Positions 29,103-39,022 of a stretch of 64,000 nucleotides of DNA are shown piece after piece (position 1 is the first letter of the stretch; each line of letters opens with the position of its first letter). A program made the position numbers and the translations under genes. This stretch comes from Vulcanimicrobiota bacterium (lineage in GTDB: Bacteria > Vulcanimicrobiota > Xenobia > Xenobiales > JADMJV01). Below the pieces are notes generated by a model. It was given only the letters and a program-made list of their open reading frames with translations. It made no database searches and was not told the DNA's origin. The DNA lies in assembly GCA_050250895.1 (NCBI GenBank), contig JBFWNU010000006.1, positions 475,720-539,719 on the forward strand, read 5' to 3'.

Positions 29103-32100
29103 ATGGTCATGAAACGCTCAGGCGGTAAAGAACCGATCATGCCCGAAGCTAGCCAGGAAGAGCTGGCTTCCTTAGTTCAACGTGCTGTTGGTACCTTTGC
29201 GGTCGTGGGAGAAGACGGCGTGACGCGATACATCAACCCTCCCGCTGCGCGTTTGCTCAAGAAAAAGCCTGACAAGCTCGTCGGCGAGCCTTTTCCCTAT
29301 CCCCTCGAAGAAGGTTCGTTGCGGGATGTCGACGCCGAACTCAAAATCGAACCCACCAGTTGGAACGGTGAAGACTGCCGGCTCGTCACCATCAAGTCGC
29401 TCAAGGCCAGCCAGGCCGCCTTCCACATCGAATGGCGTATCGAAAGCGCCGAGGAGCGCGCCCGGGATGCCGAAGAGAAGATCAAGCAGCTCGAAGCCCG
29501 TCTGGCCGAGCTTGCGGGCGGTTCGGAGCCTTCTGCCCAGGCCCAGGCCCCGGCCGTCGATCCCGAGCTGGCTTCGCAACTCGAAGACGCTCGCCAGCAG
29601 ATCAGCCAACTGGAAGAGGCTCTCGAGGCTGCTCGACTGGCCGCTCCTGACGACGATCTCAGAGCTCAGCTCGAAAAGGCGAAGGCCAAAGCGGTCGCTG
29701 CCGACCAAAGGGTTGAAGAACTCGAGAATTTGCTCGACGAAGCCGAGCACCGGGTTCAAGAAGCCGAGGGCCGGGCCACCCTCGAGTCCCACGAGTTTTC
29801 CACCGAACTTCAAGACGCGCTGAGCCAGTGTCGCGACCTCGAGCAGCAGGTCCAGGACGCTGAAGAGCGAGCCCGCGACGCGCTGGAGCGGGTGCACATG
29901 GCCGAATCTCTGGCTGAAGAGGCCGAGGAACGGGCCTATGAAGCCGAAGGGCTGCTCGAAGTCGCCGAGAATCGAGCCGAAGAGGCCGAGGCTCGTCTCG
30001 AAGAACTCGAACAGGCTTTGGAAGAGGCCGCTTCGCTGAGCACCGACCCCGCCGCGGTCGAAGAACTCGAGGGTCTCAACAGCCGCGTCAAAGAACTCGA
30101 GAAAGAACTCAAGCAGGTGCGAGAGGCCACCGCTGACGAGAGTTCTCTCCTTCAAGAACTAGAAGAGCTTCGCGCCGGGGCGTCGAGATTGACCGAGCTA
30201 GAAGCCGAACTCGAGGGACTGCGGCCGGCTGCCGAAAGGGTCAAGGCACTCGAGGCAGAACTCGAGGCGGCCAAGAATGAGGCCGGTCACAGCGAAGTGG
30301 TCGAGGCCGAGATGGCCGAGTTGCGCGAGGCGGCTGCCCGGGCCGCTGAACTCGAGGTCGAACTCGAGCAATTTCGCGATCTTTCGGCTGACTTCGAGGC
30401 TTTGCGCGAAGCGGCCGAGCAAGCCGAATTGCTCGAGGCCGAGGTGCAAGAGTTGCGCGAAGTGGCCGACCAGGTGGTGTTACTGCAGGGCGAACTCGAG
30501 AGCGCCCGAGAACAGGCCGGCCGGGCCGACGCCCTGGAGGCCGAAGTCGAAGAGCTGAAGCTGCGTCTTGAATCGGCCCAGGAAGAAGTTCAAGCTTCCC
30601 AAGAGCAGTTGGCGGCCGTGCCGGCGGTCGACCCCGAAATGGCTCAGAAAGTGGTCGACCTCGAGGCCGAACTCAATCGTGCCCGGGCGCAACTTGACCG
30701 CGCCAACGAACTGCTGGGCGATCCCGAGCAGATGGTCAAACTCGAGCGCCAGCTCGAGGGGGCCATCAAGCGGGCGGCCGATGCCGAAGAGCGGGCCGTC
30801 GAAGCCCAATCTATCCTCGAAGAGGTCAAGCGAGCCTCGGTGGCGCGGGTTGAAGAGTTGACCGAGCAGCTCGAGCGAGTCCTGGCGGGAGCGGCAGCTG
30901 CCCCGGCCGGAGGCGAAGGTGGAACGGTCGACCCCGAGACCGAACGGCTGGCCTTCCAAGACTCGCTGACAGGTCTGCCCAACGTCAACATCATCAAGCG
31001 CTACCTCGACTTCATGCTCAAACAGGCCGAGCGCTACAATCGAGCCACGGCTCTGCTCTCGATTGACCTCGACCGATTCAAGATGGTCAACGACGCTCTG
31101 GGCAACAAAGTGGGCGACGAGTTGCTGTGCCTGGTGGCCGAGCGTCTCAGCGCCGTGGTTCGGGGCTCGGACGTGCTGGGGCGACGAGGCGAAGATGAAT
31201 TCATCATCCTCTTGTCCGAACTCTCCGGTCAAGAGGAGGCTACCTCGATGGCCGCGGCCGTGGCCCGCCGGGTCTACGAAGTGCTCGAGCCGCCCTTCTC
31301 GGTCCAGGATCAAAAGGTATTCATCGGCTGCTCCATCGCGATCAGTCTTTATCCCAGCGACGCTCGCACGGCCGAGCAGATGTTTATTCATGCCGACACG
31401 GCCATGGAACGAGCCAAACAGCTCGGTCGAGGACGGTATCAGTTCTTCACTCCTGATCTGCAAGAGATCTCCGATATTCGCTCTCGCCTCGATGTCGAAA
31501 TCCGTCGCGGCCTGGAAGAGAATCAGTTCCAGCTGGTCTATCAACCGATTTTCAATCTGATGACCGGGCGTATGGCCGGGGTCGAGTCGCTGGTCCGCTG
31601 GAATCATCCGGCCTCCGGGGTGGTCGGACCCGACGAGTTCCTCGAAGCCGCCGAGAACACCGGATTGATCGTGCCTATCGGCCGCTGGGCGATTCTGCAG
31701 GCCATCGAACAGGCCAGCCGCTGGCAGAAAGAGGGGCTGGGGCTGTTCACCAGCATCAACGTCTCTCGGCGCCAGTTGCTTCAAGCCGACCTGGCGGCCA
31801 CCATCCTGCGCAGCATCGAGGTCACTGGAGCCAGTCCGGGAAGCATCGTGCTCGAGTTTGACGAGGCCCTCAACCAGATGGACTCGCCCCGCATTCGAGA
31901 AAACCTCGAAGAGTTGCGCAAAGCGGGCCTCAAGTTCGCGGTCGACCGCTTCGGCAGCGGATACTCGTCGCTCGAGGTGCTCAACACCGATCATCACACC
32001 ATGATCAAGATCGACCGCAAGTTCACCAAGGGGGTACCCGACGACCATCGCAGCACCAGCATCGTGCTGGCCGCGATGTCGTTGGCCCGCAACCTGAATA

Positions 32101-32246
32101 TGACCTCGGTGGTGGTGGGTATCGAGAACAAGCAGCAAAAACAACTGCTGATGCGGCTCGAGTGCCAGCTGGGTCAGGGCAACTTCTTGTCAGAACCGAT
32201 CGAGGCCGCGATGGTCAGCCAGATCGCCGACCGCGTCTTTACTTAG
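29103..32246 (+). CDS. PAS + long acidic coiled coil + GGDEF-EAL protein (degenerate motifs)
   Basis: DSLTGLPN, DLDRFKMVND, RRGEDEF, YQPI, VESLVRW, VDRFGSGYSS; alternative start 29139. Confidence 0.88.
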   Translation: MVMKRSGGKEPIMPEASQEELASLVQRAVGTFAVVGEDGVTRYINPPAARLLKKKPDKLVGEPFPYPLEEGSLRDVDAELKIEPTSWNGEDCRLVTIKSLKASQAAFHIEWRIESAEERARDAEEKIKQLEARLAELAGGSEPSAQAQAPAVDPELASQLEDARQQISQLEEALEAARLAAPDDDLRAQLEKAKAKAVAADQRVEELENLLDEAEHRVQEAEGRATLESHEFSTELQDALSQCRDLEQQVQDAEERARDALERVHMAESLAEEAEERAYEAEGLLEVAENRAEEAEARLEELEQALEEAASLSTDPAAVEELEGLNSRVKELEKELKQVREATADESSLLQELEELRAGASRLTELEAELEGLRPAAERVKALEAELEAAKNEAGHSEVVEAEMAELREAAARAAELEVELEQFRDLSADFEALREAAEQAELLEAEVQELREVADQVVLLQGELESAREQAGRADALEAEVEELKLRLESAQEEVQASQEQLAAVPAVDPEMAQKVVDLEAELNRARAQLDRANELLGDPEQMVKLERQLEGAIKRAADAEERAVEAQSILEEVKRASVARVEELTEQLERVLAGAAAAPAGGEGGTVDPETERLAFQDSLTGLPNVNIIKRYLDFMLKQAERYNRATALLSIDLDRFKMVNDALGNKVGDELLCLVAERLSAVVRGSDVLGRRGEDEFIILLSELSGQEEATSMAAAVARRVYEVLEPPFSVQDQKVFIGCSIAISLYPSDARTAEQMFIHADTAMERAKQLGRGRYQFFTPDLQEISDIRSRLDVEIRRGLEENQFQLVYQPIFNLMTGRMAGVESLVRWNHPASGVVGPDEFLEAAENTGLIVPIGRWAILQAIEQASRWQKEGLGLFTSINVSRRQLLQADLAATILRSIEVTGASPGSIVLEFDEALNQMDSPRIRENLEELRKAGLKFAVDRFGSGYSSLEVLNTDHHTMIKIDRKFTKGVPDDHRSTSIVLAAMSLARNLNMTSVVVGIENKQQKQLLMRLECQLGQGNFLSEPIEAAMVSQIADRVFT

Positions 32247-33885
32247 CCGCTTTATCCAGATATTTCTCGAGCTTCTTGGGCGGCAACGGCGGCGAAAACA
32301 GGTGACCCTGCCCAAACTGGCAACCGTTTGCCTGGCACAGGGCCTTTTGGGCCTCGGTCTCGATGCCCTCGGCCAGCGTCTTGAGGTTGAGGCTGCGCGC
32401 TAGCGACAGGATAGCCGCCACCACCGTTCGACTCTCGCCATCGTCGGTGATGTCGCAAATCAAGCTTCGGTCGACTTTGAGCAGGTCAGCCCGCGAGCGG
32501 CGAATCTGGCGCAACGACGAAAGCCCCGTGCCGAAGTCGTCAATGGCGATGCGCACGCCCTTCTCGGCCAGCGCTGCGAACACGTCACCACTACGCTCTT
32601 GATCGACATCAGCGGCCTCTTCTCTGATGTCGAGCGAAATCGAGTTGGGCTCTAGCGAGTGCTGGGCCAGGGTTTCGGCCAGGTGGGCAACCAATCTCGG
32701 GTTAAGGAGTTGGCGCGCTGAGAGGTTGACGCTGATAAACAGTTTTCGCCCCTGGGCCTGCCAGGCGGCGGCCTGAGCGCAGGCTTGCTCGAGCACCCAT
32801 TCGCCGATCGAGACGATCAGGCCAGACTCTTCGGCTATCCGGATGAACTCGGCCGCCGGCAAGACCTCCTTGCCACGCTTCCAACGCAGCAAAGCTTCGA
32901 CACCGACCACCTCTTCGGTCTGCAGGTCCACCACGGGCTGATAGTAGAGCTGGAACTCTTTGCGTTTGACGGCCTGATGGAGACCGCTCTCGATGGTCAG
33001 GCGGCGCTGATGGCGCTCTTGCAGGTCGGGAGTATAGAATTGGTAGCGGCCCCGGCCCAGCTCTTTGGCGTGATACATGGCGCTATCGGCATGCCCCAAC
33101 ATCTGATGCGAGTTAGTCGCGTCGTGAGGGCAAAGGCTGACCCCGATGCTGGTGCCGACGTGATACTCCTGCCCACCGATCTGAAACGGTTCGTTGAACC
33201 CGTCGATGATGCGACAGGCCACGGTGGCGGCGCGGTCCATCACGGAGATGGGCGGGGCATCGGCGGTGGAGCGCTCGTCGCTGAGTTCGGTCAGGAGAAT
33301 GAGAAACTCGTCTTCACCCCGACGACCGATGATATCCGAGCTTCGAATCATACTCTGCAACCGCAGCGCCACCTGGCAGAGTAGCTCGTCGCCAGCGGCC
33401 ATGCCCAGCGCTTCGTTGACCACCTTGAAGCGGTCGAGGTCAAGCACGAGCAGGGCCGCGGCCCTTTCGTAGCGGCGGGCCTGGGTCAGGGTAAACTCCA
33501 TGAACTGGCTGATGATATTGAGGTTGGGCAGACCGGTGAGCGAGTCTTCAAAGGCTAATCGCTCGGTTTCTTCAGCCGCCCAGGCGCCGCCCACCTCTTG
33601 CAGCTGCACCAATTGGCACTGCTCACCGGACCAGTCGATGCGGCTTACCCGCACCATCAAGTTGATCGGGACCTCGTCCAGGCCGTCGACACACACTGTG
33701 CCGCTCTTGATGGGGAAGGGCAGGGCTGTGCCCTCGACTCGTTCGGTGCCCAATAGCTCTCGCGTTTGGCGGTTGCAGTAGCGCACACGCCCATCGGGCC
33801 CCACGATGGCTAACGGATCCAGGTGTTCTTCCACCAGGCTGGAGAATTCGGATTTGCCCACGCTAACGGCTTTGGAAGCCTTCAT
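32239..33885 (-). CDS. PAS-GGDEF-EAL protein
   Basis: DSLTGLPN, RRGEDEF, VEALLRW, IDDFGTGLSS, AEGIET; likely start at MKASKAV (33885). Confidence 0.9.
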   Translation of the reverse strand: MKASKAVSVGKSEFSSLVEEHLDPLAIVGPDGRVRYCNRQTRELLGTERVEGTALPFPIKSGTVCVDGLDEVPINLMVRVSRIDWSGEQCQLVQLQEVGGAWAAEETERLAFEDSLTGLPNLNIISQFMEFTLTQARRYERAAALLVLDLDRFKVVNEALGMAAGDELLCQVALRLQSMIRSSDIIGRRGEDEFLILLTELSDERSTADAPPISVMDRAATVACRIIDGFNEPFQIGGQEYHVGTSIGVSLCPHDATNSHQMLGHADSAMYHAKELGRGRYQFYTPDLQERHQRRLTIESGLHQAVKRKEFQLYYQPVVDLQTEEVVGVEALLRWKRGKEVLPAAEFIRIAEESGLIVSIGEWVLEQACAQAAAWQAQGRKLFISVNLSARQLLNPRLVAHLAETLAQHSLEPNSISLDIREEAADVDQERSGDVFAALAEKGVRIAIDDFGTGLSSLRQIRRSRADLLKVDRSLICDITDDGESRTVVAAILSLARSLNLKTLAEGIETEAQKALCQANGCQFGQGHLFSPPLPPKKLEKYLDKAAK

Positions 33886-33911
33886 AAGGAAAACTTCGGC
33901 AGGGCCTTTCG

Positions 33912-35228
33912 TTAGCCTCCAAGATTTGACTCGCCGTTCACCCACCGCACCGACTTCGAGCACGGGCAGGTGCCGCCGACGTGAGCCAGGCTGGGAGTGC
34001 GATGAGCCGCTTCCTCTGGTGTGAGCGTGCCCTGGGCCACCTGCTCGAGGTTCTCCAGGTAGGCGCGAAAGTCGCGCCCGGCCAGATAGCTTTCCGGCAA
34101 CTGCTGGCGCAGATGCTCCTGATAGGCTTCGAAGGTGGGGTATTTTTCTCCGTCGACACCCACCAGTTTGTAAGCGTGCATGCCGCGACGGCGGAAGAAC
34201 TCGACGTTGGGGCAGCGCAGCAGATCCTCTGGCTTGACCCCCTGATAGCTCGACCCTTCTTCGGTCAACTGCTGCAGGGCGCGGTCCATCTCCTCTGGGG
34301 TCGCCTCGGGAAAGCGCGCGCGAAGATAGCGCAGATTGAGCCCGGCGATCAGCTTCTCGACCTCGCGAACGTATTCGTCGAGGGCTTCTTGATTGGTCTT
34401 GTCTTTGAAGCCCAGCTTGATGTTGGTCCCGCCTCCGCGCTCGTCGCCGAACATCTCTAAGCCGCGCGGCAACCACTTGTTGATGGCTTTTTGAATCGCC
34501 TCGACCGAGACATAGATTTTGCCCTGGGCGGCCTCCTCCATCCAACGGCGCATGGGAACCACGCCGGCGGCCAGATGAAAGGCTTCTTCGCGCAGCATGG
34601 GGGGCATGCTTTCGGCCATCGGCTTATAGGCGCTGACCTTTTGCATGGCCAGTTGGTATTTTCCGACCCGATCGATCAGGGCGCAGAAAACCACGTTGTC
34701 TACGAACGAGTCGAAGTCGATGTTGAAGGCGCCCAACACGTGCGAACCGGGACGCATCGACAGGATCTCTTCCACCATGTCCTCGCCGCTCTGGCCGACT
34801 AGAGACTTCCAGTCATCCTCCAATAGGAGATGCAACATCTGGTAGCCGTGACGCAATTCCTCGGCCATCATCCGCAGGACCCAGAACTGATCGCGCTCGT
34901 CCTGGGCGCGGGCCAGGGTCAATCGATGTTGCTGGATCGAACCGAACTCGGTGCTGGCCTGGGCCCGCACCGCGCCGAGCAATTGATGGGCCTGCTTTTC
35001 ATTCATCTCGCTTGCCTGACAGAATTTCTTGCAGCCCACCATTTCGCCGACCTCGATGGTATCGGACATGCCGCACTGGCGATAGGCGCAGAGCTTGAAG
35101 CAAGGATCCTTCGGAAAATGCTTGTCCCAATTCTCGGTCAGAAAGCCCAGGTCAGGCAGGAAAGTCTTCTGCCATTTGACCACGGCGTCATGGTATTTTC
35201 CGGGTAGTGTCTCTTCGCGGACCGTCAT
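33912..35228 (-). CDS. BoxB/PaaA-like ferritin-type di-iron ring epoxidase subunit
   Basis: QASTEFGSIQQ, MAEELRHGYQM, DRVGKYQL, MLREEAFH (two ExxH), MFGDE. Confidence 0.75.
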   Translation of the reverse strand: MTVREETLPGKYHDAVVKWQKTFLPDLGFLTENWDKHFPKDPCFKLCAYRQCGMSDTIEVGEMVGCKKFCQASEMNEKQAHQLLGAVRAQASTEFGSIQQHRLTLARAQDERDQFWVLRMMAEELRHGYQMLHLLLEDDWKSLVGQSGEDMVEEILSMRPGSHVLGAFNIDFDSFVDNVVFCALIDRVGKYQLAMQKVSAYKPMAESMPPMLREEAFHLAAGVVPMRRWMEEAAQGKIYVSVEAIQKAINKWLPRGLEMFGDERGGGTNIKLGFKDKTNQEALDEYVREVEKLIAGLNLRYLRARFPEATPEEMDRALQQLTEEGSSYQGVKPEDLLRCPNVEFFRRRGMHAYKLVGVDGEKYPTFEAYQEHLRQQLPESYLAGRDFRAYLENLEQVAQGTLTPEEAAHRTPSLAHVGGTCPCSKSVRWVNGESNLGG

Positions 35229-35231
35229 TTG

Positions 35232-35669
35232 TTACTCCTTGATCCTTTTCTCCAGCGGCTGGATGGTCGAACGTTTGAACCCGATCTTGCGGAAAAAGTC
35301 GCCGATCGACTCCATCCCTTCAGGCACCAGTGTTTTGACCAGGGTAGCCCCCTGGGCCGTGAAGTGGGCCAACATCCTCTCGGCCATCTGACGACCGAGC
35401 GACTGACCCTGGTAGGCAGGGTCGATACCGAGCACCTCGATCCATCCCACCGGCTTCTCGAGACCGAACTCTCCCGAGCGAATCTCGCCCAGCATGAAGC
35501 CTACGACTTTGCCGTCGACCTCGGCCACCTGCGAGGCGTCGGGGTCGCGGCGAATGTAATAGAGGATTTTGGTCTCCCACGCCTGGGGGCGATATTCACC
35601 CTGAATCTTCTCGTCGATTTCGGTGATTTCTTGGATATCGAGTTCCGTCAACGGACGAATGCTGGCCAT
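35232..35669 (-). CDS. GNAT family N-acetyltransferase
   Basis: VAEVDGKVVGF, LGIDPAYQGQSLGRQM, FFRKIGF; 3 bp from the BoxB-like start. Confidence 0.88.
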   Translation of the reverse strand: MASIRPLTELDIQEITEIDEKIQGEYRPQAWETKILYYIRRDPDASQVAEVDGKVVGFMLGEIRSGEFGLEKPVGWIEVLGIDPAYQGQSLGRQMAERMLAHFTAQGATLVKTLVPEGMESIGDFFRKIGFKRSTIQPLEKRIKE

Positions 35670-35682
35670 CGGACGCCCTCTC

Positions 35683-35714
35683 ATTTTATACAAAAGTTAT
35701 ACAGAAGTAAACAG
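35683..35714 (-). promoter_or_regulatory. sigma70-like promoter overlapped by 11-bp direct repeats
   Basis: TTTACT-N17-TAAAAT; TTATACAAAAG and TTATACAGAAG in tandem at 35686-35707. Confidence 0.55.
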
Positions 35715-35784
35715 CTCAGGTCAGAAGCACCGCAAGGCCGTTTCTCGGTGCTGTTCGGGCTTCCTCCCGAACCAAACGCTGCCG

Positions 35785-37299
35785 CTAGAGTGCCGAGAAA
35801 CCGTTGAGCATCGTGCCGGCCTGGTTGAGAAAGCTTTCATGGTCCAGGCCTTCGGCTTTGACCTCGACCACCAGATAGCGATACTGATAATAGGGCAGGC
35901 GGCGCACATAGACCGCTTCCAGGGTCTGACTGCTGGAACTCTCTTTGATGAAGGTCAGATCCGCACCGGCAAAGCCTTCCAACGATGTCCAGCGTAGCTG
36001 ATCCTTCTTGAGTGAAAAACTGTTCTTCCAAAGGCTGGGAGCCGTGTCCTCAACGTCGTGGGTGACGGTCAGCTCGGTAAGCCCCTCCGGGCCGTCGACG
36101 TTTTCCAACTCCAACACTTTGCCTCGCTTGGCCTTGGAATTCTTGGTAACGCTCCAACCTTCGGGCACGGTCATCGCAAAGCCGTGGCTCTGCTTGTCGA
36201 GCCTGTAGGACTGGCGTGCTCCCTCGGCTCCCGGGCCGGGCGAGCCGGGGTCCCGGGGTTCCGCCCGGGGATAGGCGGGAGGGCGGGTGGGGTAACGCGG
36301 AGAGGGTAGGGGAGCTGGCGTGGGAGAAGCCTCGGGGGTCCGTTCGGGACGAACCTCTGGTAGGGGAGGCTGCTCGGTTGGCTCGGGGGTGATGTCTGTC
36401 GGAGTGACGGTGGCCTCGGGCTCCGGTTCCAGCGACTCGGTGGGCGTAGGAGAGACAAGGGCGCCAGGGGTCGGCGAGGGAGTGGCGTCGGCGATTACCG
36501 GACCCTGGCTGCGATTGGCCATCCAGACCATGCCCAGCAGCAAGAGCACCACCAGCACGCCGACTCCGGCCAGCGCTTCCATTGGCAAGAAAACTCCAGG
36601 GCGAACCTCGGGGTCTGGTTCGGGCGCCTCGATCAGGGCGGGCGGTGGCAACTCCTCCGGGGTATCTTCCGATTTGCCCTCGACCATGCGGTTGAAGGTG
36701 GCCAACATCTCGCGAGCCGATGAAAATCCCGTTTCATGACTGGCTTTGTCCACCACCGCCGCCAACTTCAGGTCGAAGTCGGGTCGCAACTTGAGCAGGC
36801 CAGCGTCGCCCCGAGGCTTGCCCGAGGCGAGCTGAAACATCAGCCGCCCCAGACCCAGAAGGTCATCCCGGGGGGTGGCGCCCGGCGGCGGTTTGCGCCA
36901 GTGCTCCACCAGCACGCTTTGTTCTTCGCCTACCAGACAGCCGAAGTCGATCCGTCCGTGAACCATGCCGTGGTCGTGAAGAGCTACCAGAGCATGCAAG
37001 ATGGCTCGAAAGCGGTCCAACACCCAGTCCGGGGAGGGGAGCTTCTCGGACGGCATCAAGAGCGCGCCTTCGTAGGGCGGGGTCAGGATGTAGAGCGAGT
37101 CCTGTTGATGCACGACCTCGAGCACCGGGGCCAGGCCCGGATCGAGTTCCTGGCTGAGCACGGCCAGGGCCGAGGCAGGCCGAGGATCGCTGCATTTCCA
37201 CAGGGTGAAGCGCTGACCCTCGGGCGACTGAACGGTGTAGCGACTGCCGTCATAGCAGCCTAAAACGAGATATCCCCCAATGTGATCTCCGCTATCCAC
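35785..37299 (-). CDS. degenerate Ser/Thr kinase-like domain + TM + Pro-rich linker + extracytoplasmic domain
   Basis: LAPVLEVV, ALVALHDHGMVHGRI (HRD lost), DDLLGLGRLMFQLASGK; TM GVGVLVVLLLLGMVWM; PSPTP tract. Confidence 0.65.
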   Translation of the reverse strand: MDSGDHIGGYLVLGCYDGSRYTVQSPEGQRFTLWKCSDPRPASALAVLSQELDPGLAPVLEVVHQQDSLYILTPPYEGALLMPSEKLPSPDWVLDRFRAILHALVALHDHGMVHGRIDFGCLVGEEQSVLVEHWRKPPPGATPRDDLLGLGRLMFQLASGKPRGDAGLLKLRPDFDLKLAAVVDKASHETGFSSAREMLATFNRMVEGKSEDTPEELPPPALIEAPEPDPEVRPGVFLPMEALAGVGVLVVLLLLGMVWMANRSQGPVIADATPSPTPGALVSPTPTESLEPEPEATVTPTDITPEPTEQPPLPEVRPERTPEASPTPAPLPSPRYPTRPPAYPRAEPRDPGSPGPGAEGARQSYRLDKQSHGFAMTVPEGWSVTKNSKAKRGKVLELENVDGPEGLTELTVTHDVEDTAPSLWKNSFSLKKDQLRWTSLEGFAGADLTFIKESSSSQTLEAVYVRRLPYYQYRYLVVEVKAEGLDHESFLNQAGTMLNGFSAL

Positions 37300-37346
37300 A
37301 TGGTTAGGTTCGACCAGGAAGGGAGTCGGGTCCTACCCGCGAACAG

Positions 37347-38975
37347 ATGCGCGCCATGCGACCCATCCAAACGATTGCCGACGATCTCCACCTCGACCCC
37401 GACCATCTGGTTGCCTACGGCAACGACAAGGCCAAGCTTCGGCTCGATGCCCTGACTGGCAAGAGAGACGGAAAGCTGATTCTGGTGACGGCCATGTCAC
37501 CCTCGCCGGCAGGTGAAGGTAAGACCACCACCTCGATCGGTCTCTGCGATGCCCTCAACGTGCTGGGCAAGAAGGCCGCCGTGGCCCTGCGCGAGCCCTC
37601 GATGGGTCCCGTTTTCGGCATGAAGGGGGGCGGGTCGGGAGGGGGCCGGGCCCAGGTTTGCCCCGCCGATCAGATCAATCTTCACTTCACCGGCGACTTT
37701 CACGCCATCACGGCGGCCCACAACCTTTTGGCCGCGGCTGTAGACAACCACTTGCACTTCGGCAACGCTCTGGGGCTGGACGTGCGTCGCATTCACTGGA
37801 ATCGCGTGCTCGACGTCAACGATCGGGCTCTACGGCAGGTGGCGCTGGGGCTGGGCGGCACCATGGGCGGGATTCCTCGAGAAGGTCGCTTCGATATCAC
37901 GGCCGCCAGCGAAATCATGGCCATCCTGGCTCTGGCCACCGGCCTTGACGACTTGCGGAGCCGACTGGCTTCGATAGTCGTTGGTTTCGACGACCAGGGC
38001 AATACCGTCAAAGCCAGCCAGCTCAAGGTCGAAGATAGCCTCACGGTGTTGCTCAAGGACGCGCTGTTGCCGAATCTGGTCCAGACTGGTGAAGGCAACC
38101 CGGCCTTCATCCACGCCGGACCGTTCGCCAACATCGCCCATGGAACGAACTCGGTGCTGGCCACCTGGATGGCTCTCGACCACGCCGAACTGGTGGTGCA
38201 AGAGGCGGGCTTTGGCTCGGACCTGGGTGGCGAGAAGTTTCTCGACATCTTCTGCCGCGTGGCTGGCGTGGTTCCTGCTTGCGCGGTGCTGGTGGTCACC
38301 CTGAGGGCCATCCGCTATCACGCCGGCATCGCCGCCAGCGAGATCAACCAGCCGAATGCAGAGGCGGTTCGGAAGGGGCTGAGCAATCCGCTGGCCCACG
38401 CTCGCCTGATGAGCGCGTTCGGCCTGCCCGTGGTGGTGGCCATCAACCAGATGGCCAACGATACCCCGGAAGAACTCGAGATGGCTCTTTCGGCCTTTCG
38501 CGAAGCCGGGTTTGCCGCTCATACCAACCGGGTCTACGCCGAAGGCGGAGCGGGGGGCACAGACCTGGCCGCGGCCGTGCTCGAGGCAAGTCAGCGGCCC
38601 GCCAGCCTCCATCCGGTCTATTCGCTGGACGAGCCGCTGGCCGAGAAGATCGACGCCATCGTGAAGCGGGTCTATGGCGGCAAAGGGGTCACTTTTTCGA
38701 AGAAGGCCTCGAACCAGCTCAAACAATACGAGCAAGCGGGCTATCGCAACTCCTACGTCTGCATGGCCAAGACGCAGTATTCCTTCAGCGACGACCCGGC
38801 TTTGGTCGGCCGTCCTGAGGCCTTCGAGGTCAATATTCGCGAAGTGAACCTGCTGGCCGGGGCCGGCTTTGTGGTGCCGGTGTCCGGAGACATGATGACC
38901 ATGCCGGGCCTGGCCCAGGAGCCCAACCTGGAGCGCATCAAACTGCTCGAAGACGGCAGCGTAAGACTTTTCTGA
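37347..38975 (+). CDS. fhs: formate--tetrahydrofolate ligase
   Basis: GEGKTTT, LREPSMGPVFGMKGG, INLHFTGD, GPFANIAHG, CMAKTQYS, MTMPGL. Confidence 0.97.
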   Translation: MRAMRPIQTIADDLHLDPDHLVAYGNDKAKLRLDALTGKRDGKLILVTAMSPSPAGEGKTTTSIGLCDALNVLGKKAAVALREPSMGPVFGMKGGGSGGGRAQVCPADQINLHFTGDFHAITAAHNLLAAAVDNHLHFGNALGLDVRRIHWNRVLDVNDRALRQVALGLGGTMGGIPREGRFDITAASEIMAILALATGLDDLRSRLASIVVGFDDQGNTVKASQLKVEDSLTVLLKDALLPNLVQTGEGNPAFIHAGPFANIAHGTNSVLATWMALDHAELVVQEAGFGSDLGGEKFLDIFCRVAGVVPACAVLVVTLRAIRYHAGIAASEINQPNAEAVRKGLSNPLAHARLMSAFGLPVVVAINQMANDTPEELEMALSAFREAGFAAHTNRVYAEGGAGGTDLAAAVLEASQRPASLHPVYSLDEPLAEKIDAIVKRVYGGKGVTFSKKASNQLKQYEQAGYRNSYVCMAKTQYSFSDDPALVGRPEAFEVNIREVNLLAGAGFVVPVSGDMMTMPGLAQEPNLERIKLLEDGSVRLF

Positions 38976-39022
38976 TTGCTTTAAGGGCGGCCTATTAGAC
39001 TCTCGCCAGGGAGACATAATAG

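Noticed and set aside
32239-34545. 768-aa version of the GGDEF-EAL protein
   Set aside because: The N-terminal 220 aa overlap the BoxB-like gene in another frame; the real start is likely 33885.
19605-39017. Long antisense ORFs such as 19605-21464, 30480-32144 and 37830-39017
   Set aside because: Shadow frames of well-supported genes, expected with high-GC codon bias.
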